DNA of 64,000 bases, taken from assembly GCF_009914755.1 (NCBI RefSeq), contig NC_060936.1; one strand, written 5' to 3'. This DNA is from the human T2T-CHM13v2.0 reference genome, Homo sapiens. A program made the translations under genes and the position numbers. Numbering within the stretch: the stretch's first letter is position 1; each line of letters begins with the position of its first letter. The notes under the pieces are model-generated. The model was not told where the DNA came from and did not search any database. It saw only the letters and a list, made by a program, of their open reading frames with translations. Below are positions 56,142 through 64,000 of the stretch, piece by piece.

Positions 56142-57163
56142 TAATTAATTTCTAAAACTTAGAACATTTCTAATCAAAGTATTAAAAATCTTAGGAATGC
56201 TGTCAAAACAAATTCAAAAAATGAACCTGGGTTTTAAAATAAGTTGACAAATAAAAGCACAAATATTAGATATTGTTTCCCCAGTTGGACCCGCCCTTTC
56301 CCTGAAGGCACATTAGGGCCAGGGCCTTCCAGACTGAGCCAGAGGCAACCTGCCTGTTGCTAGTCAGCTAGCTGCAGTCACTAAAGTTGTGCTTATTACG
56401 CACCTACTTCCAGATAGAGTGCTAGGTGTCTAGAAAACTCACAACTTAACCAATAAGTACAGAGTCAAGTGAGAGTTCTTGAGAGAGTGTTAATGGCAAA
56501 TAGAGACAGGGCACTTATTTATTTGTGTGTTGCGGGGCAGAGGGAAAATAAGAAAACCCCAAAAGTGAATGATCTCAGCTAAGCCAATGAAAGTGACCCA
56601 AGATTAGTTCTCCTTGGAGGAAAGGAACGGGCTTGATCTTGGAGTATCTCAAAGGCATAAACCAAGGAGGATAAGTATTGTTGAAAAAACTGGTAGATGG
56701 AGGCAGGCATAGGGTACTTGAGAGTACTCTTGAGAGTGTTTTTAGCAGACAGATTATATGATCAGATTTATCTTTAAATAAGTTAGCTTTTCTTGTGGGC
56801 TTATGTCTTCAACTAGATACCTATGCCTCTTATTTATCTATTTTTTTGTTACCCGCAGAAAGGAGAAGACCACTTTTAGTTGCCTCCCTGCTAGCACCCT
56901 GACTTGCTCTGCTTGAATAAGAATCCAAGGACACAAGCTAAGACATTTGCACTGGGTTTAGATCTACTGCGATTCACAAAACACAAAAGAACTTTCAGTC
57001 AGAGGGTGACACATAATGATTTTAGACAAAACTCAGTTTCTTCTGGTGGAAGCTATTCAGATTGTTTGGAGAGTGGGAGGAAAAAGGAGTGAAGCATCGC
57101 TTAACAACAAAAGTAATAATGCAGGTTATTATCATTTTATCATTAACAATGCATCAGTGCTAA

Positions 57164-57500
<337 letters not shown>

Positions 57501-58404
57501 ATGCTTTCCCATTTAATTCTCTAAGAAACCCAATCGAGTGAGTATAGTTGACAGCATTTAACATATAAGAATACAGTCTTAAAGAAAATAAGTAATTTAC
57601 CCAAGGTTTTACAGCCAGATTTGAACTCTCAAGTCATGGACTACAAAATTTGAGCTCTAAATACCTGGTAGGGTTTTCAAGGGAGCTCCTGATATTACCT
57701 TTCCTAAAAAGGACCTTGAGAAATAAAACCTGATAAAGTTAGAAGACCATCTGGAGATGAGTAGAGATAGTAGTAGGAAAAAAAAAATCAAAACTCAAGG
57801 CAGCTGAGGGGACATCTCATAGCTGACATAATCTGTAAGATACAGCTACATTTATTAAAAGGCCCACTGGAAAATGAAACAAGGAACATATTAAAATGTT
57901 AATCTGCCAAATAATTTAACTGGAATGAAAATTATCCCTAGGTACAGATAAGAGAAAGTAGCAAAAGTGCTTTCTATTTAAGACCATTTAAACTTTTCAT
58001 TTCCCCTTTGGCCTAAATTGACAAAAGGAACCAGGGGCCTGGTCAGTTCCACAATCTCTCTTGCCCAGCAACTGAGGCGGGCCCTGGAGGGTTCGGTGGG
58101 GGAGGTGGGAGGGCAGCAAGGAGGGATGGTTTTGTGTCCAGGTCACTGTTGAATCTGATCAGTGGCCTCCGGGAATTCTCACTCAACTTTCTACTGCATA
58201 GCTGCAGGGCCATTTCTCAAAGCTGGGCTCCTCCCCAAACCTTCTCCTTCCTGGTGCCAGAACCTCCTGGCCTATCTCTTTTTAAAGCTCTCACCGTCTA
58301 TATTGTCACCGGAGGCAACCACGTGGTGGTCAGGGTTACTGAGTGTTTATCTGCACCCCCCAGCTGCCAAAGACCTCTTCAATTTTAAGGTTTAACAGTA
58401 GACA

Positions 58405-58819
<415 letters not shown>

Positions 58820-58880
58820 TTATAACTTTCTGAAGGGGGAAGTGGGGTACATGGACCTCCCCTTCCTTGTATTCATTTAG

Positions 58881-59204
58881 TTTTTGAAACAGGGTCTCTC
58901 ACTCTGTCACCTAGGCTGGAGTGCAATGGCAGGATCACAGCTCACAGCAGCCTCTACCTCTCGGGCTCAAGTTATGCACGGCCACTCCCCCCACCCCTAC
59001 CCCGCAAGCCTTGCCCATCTCAGCCTCCTGAGTAGCTGGGACTACAGGTGTGCGCTACCATGCCCAGCTAATTTTTTTGGTTTTTGTAGAGACAGGGTTT
59101 CCCTATGTTGCCCAGGCTGGTCTTGAACTCGTGGGCTCAAGCGATCCTCCCTCCTCAGCCTCCCAAAGTGCTAGGATTACAGGCGTGAGCCACTACGTTC
59201 AGCC
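58881..59204 (-). mobile_element. Alu (AluJ-like) with C-rich insertion
   Basis: Dimer with about 35 extra nt around 58975-59012. Confidence 0.9.
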
Positions 59205-59247
59205 TCCCCTTTCCCTTAAACTAATGAAGCAAGGGATTGGGACTTCT

Positions 59248-59400
59248 CACTGGTTCTCCCAATGTGTTCCCCAAACCAGCAGCATCAGAGTCTTCCTGGG
59301 AACTTGATAGGAATGCAAAATTTTGCCTTCATTCTAAACCTGTGAATTAAAAACTCTGGGGATAGGGTACTGTCTAGGTACTAATGTTGGAGAACCATTG
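59248..59400. mobile_element. MER5A-like hAT-Charlie element
   Basis: TIRs cactggttctc.../...gagaaccattg; accagcagcatcag...gggaacttg..ag..aatgcaaa. Confidence 0.75.
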
Positions 59401-59444
59401 CTGTGAAAAAGTAATGGCAAAATTCTGTAATTAAAAACAACACT

Positions 59445-60130
59445 GAAGAGATACCTGCACTTCCATGCTTATTGCAGTACTATTCACAATAGCCAATATA
59501 TGGAATCAACCTAAATGCCCATCAGTGGATGAATGGATAAAGAAAATGTGGAATATATACACAATGAAATATTCAGCCATTAATAAAAGCATGAAATCCT
59601 GTCATTTGCAGCAACTTGAATGGAACTGGAGGTCATTATGTTAAATAAAATAAGCCTCCTTTTTCCTGTGCTGGAAAAACAAAATAATTTTAGAACAATT
59701 GAAGAAAAATAAGCCAAGCACAGAAAGACAAATATTGCGTGTTCTCACTCATATTGGGAGCTTAAAAAGTGGATCTCATGGGGATGGAGAGTAGATTGAT
59801 GGCTAGATGGCTACTAGATGCGGAGAAGGCTAGGTAGGAGAAGGGATGAAAAGAGATTCACTAATGGGTACAAAATACAATTAAATAGAAGATTTACTAT
59901 CTAGCATTTGATAAATCAATACAGTGACTATATTAAATAGTAATCTATTTTATATTTCAAAATAGCTATTAGAGAATAATTTGAATGTTCTCAGTATAAA
60001 GAAAAGATAACTGTGTAATGTGATGGATGCCCCAATTACCCCAGTTTGATTATTACCTATTATATGAATGTGTCACAATATCACATGTACCCTGAAAATA
60101 TGTACATCTATTAGGTATCAATAAAAATAA
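59445..60130 (+). mobile_element. L1 3' end (L1MA-like)
   Basis: tatggaatcaacctaaatgcccatcagtggatgaatggataaagaaaatgtgg ... cacatgtaccctgaaaatatgtacatcta. Confidence 0.9.
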
Positions 60131-60133
60131 CCT

Positions 60134-60455
<322 letters not shown>

Positions 60456-60752
60456 TCAGGTATATACCATATCCAATAGAAATCTTTTTCCTTAAAAGAA
60501 AAAGCACATCAATTGAATAGGTAAAAGCTGCCTTTAAAATGAACTAAGTTTTCAGTGAGTTATTTGCTTCCTTTAGGTTCTATAGTCTGGGTAAACTCCA
60601 TTCTTCCCAGTTTCTGAGACAATAAGCAAGCCACAGCTACTCTTGTCCAGTAATGGTGTTCACATTTTGCTCTCGAGAGAGGATAATACTCAGGAAGCTT
60701 GGTAGGATACCCATATAATCAAATGTTGGCATATTCTATACTTTATTTTTAC

Positions 60753-61046
<294 letters not shown>

Positions 61047-61108
61047 TATTTTTACTTTTTGTATACTTTATTTTTACTTTTTCTTTTACTTTCAAAGAAA
61101 AACAGCAG

Positions 61109-61428
61109 GGCTGGGCATGGAGGCTCACACCTGTCATTCCAGCACTTTGAGAGGCCAAAGCAGGAGGATAGCTTGAGGCCAAGAATTCAAGACCGCCCTG
61201 GGCAACATATTGAGAACCCCCTGTCTACAAAAAATAAAAAATTTACCTGGGGTTGGTGGTGCGTGCCTGTAAGTCCTAGCTACATGGGCCACATGGGAGG
61301 CTGAGGCAGTAGGATTGCTTGAGTCCAGGAATTTGAGGCTACAGTAAACTATGATGGTGCCACTGCACTCCAGCCTGGGCAACAAAGCAGGACCCTGTCT
61401 CTTAAAAAAAAAAAAAAAGAAGAAGAAA
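61109..61428 (+). mobile_element. Alu (AluJ-like)
   Basis: Diverged dimer; TSD aaaacagca. Confidence 0.9.
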
Positions 61429-61542
61429 ACAAAACAGCAACTTGTTTTTTTGCTTTTTTTGTTTGTTTGTTTGTCTTTATGGAAACTCAAATTTAAAATC
61501 TCAAAGTAGATTAGAATTTAGGTGCATTAAGATGAAGTCACA

Positions 61543-61918
61543 GCCGGGCGCGGTGGCTCAGGCCTGTAATCGCAACACTTTGTGAGGCCAAGGAGGGCAG
61601 ATCTCGAGCTCAGGAGATCGAGACCATCCTGGCTAACATGGTGACAGAGACAGAGACTCTGTCACCATGGTGTCTCATGGTGTCCCTGTCTCATGGTGAC
61701 AGAGACAGAGACAGAGGAGCGAGACTCCTGTCTCTACTAAAAATACAAAAAATTAGCCGGGTGTGGTGGCGGGCACCTGTAATCCCAGCTACTCAGGAGG
61801 CTGAGGCAGGAGAATGGTGTGAACCCAGGAGGTGGAGCTTGCGGTGAGCTGAGATGCAGCCACTGCACTCCACCCTAGGCCACAGAGCGAGACTCCGTCT
61901 CAAACAAACAAACAAAAA
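61543..61918 (+). mobile_element. AluY-like with complex internal insertion
   Basis: 14-bp TSD aagatgaagtcaca; about 80 nt extra at 61645-61726. Confidence 0.93.
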
Positions 61919-62270
61919 AAGATGAAGTCACAACATTCTCTTTAAACTAGGTAGTCAACTAAAACAAAAGAACATTCATGTTGCAGAAGTACTGTATAAC
62001 AAAACAAATAAATATAAATATAGAAGGCCTACATATAGATATCCAACATGATTGTGGAAAAGATGTGGACTCTCATGCATCTGAATATACATCAGCGGGA
62101 ATTCAAGGATTGAAATCCTACTAGTAAATACAATTTAGGATATATTCACTTAATGGGGCATAGCAAGTTAGACACTTAAATTCCTGAAAAGACTATGTTC
62201 TAGCCATGGAAGAAAAGTTTTCTAAAGAAAAAAAATAGTTATGACTGGCATATCAAAGAGCATGTATTTT

Positions 62271-62600
<330 letters not shown>

Positions 62601-62774
62601 TGATAGCCTCCCCACTATTTTGTGTTCTCTCATCCATTTACTTAATAAATACTTATTTTCCCTAAGTGAAGCAGAAGCAGTCTTCAGCTAGATAATATAG
62701 TGGGCCTTCTGAATCCTCAAGTTCTGCACTCATGAATTCAACCAACCATAGATTGAAAATATTTGGAAAAATCT

Positions 62775-63058
62775 CTGGCACAGTGGCTCACAGCTGTAAT
62801 TCCCGCACTTTGGGAGGCTGAGGTGGGAGGATCACTTGAGCTCAGGAGTTCAAGACCACCCTGGGCAACATGGCGATACCCCATCTCTACAAAAAATACA
62901 AACATTAGGCATGGTAGTTTCAGATACTTGGGAGGCTGAGGTAGGAGGATGGCTTGAGACTGGGAAGCAAAGGTTACAGTGAACAAAGATCACGCCACTG
63001 CACTCTAGCCTGGGCAACAGAGGGAGACCCTGTCTCAAAAACAAAGAAAAGAAAAGGA
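62775..63058 (+). mobile_element. Alu (AluJb-like)
   Basis: Dimer with deletion; TSD gaaaatatt(tg/ct)gaaaaa. Confidence 0.9.
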
Positions 63059-63199
63059 AAATATTCTGAAAAAACAAAACAAAAAAAAATAATACAACAA
63101 TAAAAATAATACAAAATTTTAAAATACAGTATAAAAACTCTTTACATAGCATTTACATTTTATTAAGTATTGTAAGCAATCTAGAGATGATTTAAATTA

Positions 63200-63534
63200 C
63201 AGTCATGAGCTGCATAATGACATTTCAGTTAATTAGAGGCCACTTGTAAGAAGATTCTTCCCCTAAAATTATAATACCGTAATTTTACAGTTCGTCTTAT
63301 AAATATCATTATGTTTAGATACACAAATACCATTGTGTTACAATTGTCTGCAATATTCAGTACCTTAACATGATGCATAGGTTTGTAGCCTAGGAGCAAT
63401 AGGCCATATACCATATGCCTTAGGTGTGTAGCAGACTCTACCATCTAACTTTGTGTAAACACACTCTATGATGTCTGCACATGATGAAATCGCCTACTGA
63501 CGCATTTCTTAGAACTTTAAGCAATGCATGACTG
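63200..63534. mobile_element. Tigger3a/MER7A-like element (opposite orientation to the copy at 31045)
   Basis: TIRs cagtcatg.../...catgactg with TA at 63198-63199 and 63535-63536. Confidence 0.87.
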
Positions 63535-63691
63535 TATACAAGAGGATGTGCATAGGTTGTATGCACATACTATGCCATTTTATATTAAGGACTGGGGCAT
63601 CTTTGAATTTTGGTATCCTTGGAGGTCAGGGACCCAATTCTCTGAGGATACCCAGGGAGAGCTGTATTCACAATCTGATGTGGTTGAATGT

Positions 63692-64000
63692 TGTTGGGTC
63701 GAAGAAAACAATTCCCCAAAATATGACACTTTGCCATACTGACTGCTTTGGAAATTGAAAGTCCTGAAAAATTAGCCTCAGAACCACGGTCTCTCTGTGA
63801 CCTTTCTCCTTTCTCCCTGCCTCTCATATCCTCTTTCCCAAAGCACCAAGAGAGACTCTGGAATGTCCTTATCTGACTAAGAGAGCTTAAGTGCAGTTGT
63901 CTTAATACTCCCTTCCAAGAAATCTGGTCAAATAACCAGGAAAGAGCAACCACCAGAGAAGAGCAGAGACTGGAGTTACTATGCTAAGACAGATTTTTCA
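63692..64000 (+). mobile_element. ERV1-class LTR (MER34/MER39-like), runs off the window
   Basis: tgttggg...gaaaacaattccccaaaatatgacactttgccatactgactgcttt start. Confidence 0.6.

Larger units (their letters stand above)
62699..63664. mobile_element. MER2-like Tigger element split by an Alu and a Tigger3a
   Basis: gaattcaaccaaccatagattgaaaatatt ... tacatagcatttacatt..attaagtattgtaagcaatctagagatgatttaaa ... aggatgtgcataggttgtatgca...ggatacccagggagagctg plus TA. Confidence 0.85.

Noticed and set aside
61637-61730. Short repeats resembling a CRISPR-like or minisatellite array
   Set aside because: Eukaryotic Alu context, irregular units and no unique spacers; better explained as a templated insertion.

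Overview
Primate genomic DNA (human or a very close relative) containing the BTG1 locus. There is one protein-coding gene, BTG1, on the minus strand: CDS join(complement 52951..53098, 51643..52010), 171 aa, with a 940-nt GT-AG intron. It has a TATA/CCAAT/CRE/FOXO CpG-island promoter near 53.4-53.6 kb and a long AU-rich 3'UTR with proximal and distal poly(A) signals. The rest of the window is non-coding. It holds about 36 Alu-family insertions, old L1/L2/MIR fragments, MaLR/ERV LTRs and DNA transposons, including a near-full-length Hsmar2 mariner fossil, often in multi-layer nests. A few repeat-free, motif-rich stretches look like enhancers. Nearly all other ORFs in the track are Alu- or microsatellite-derived noise. 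I see no evidence of a new multi-gene system. The most interesting signals are in BTG1 itself: a weak annotated start versus a perfect-Kozak Met11, two uORFs, a cryptic RAG 23-RSS and AID hotspots embedded in coding sequence, and splice sites in the extended 3'UTR. There are also several template-switch-like DNA repair scars. Repeat subfamily names are by-eye calls and boundaries of old repeats are approximate.
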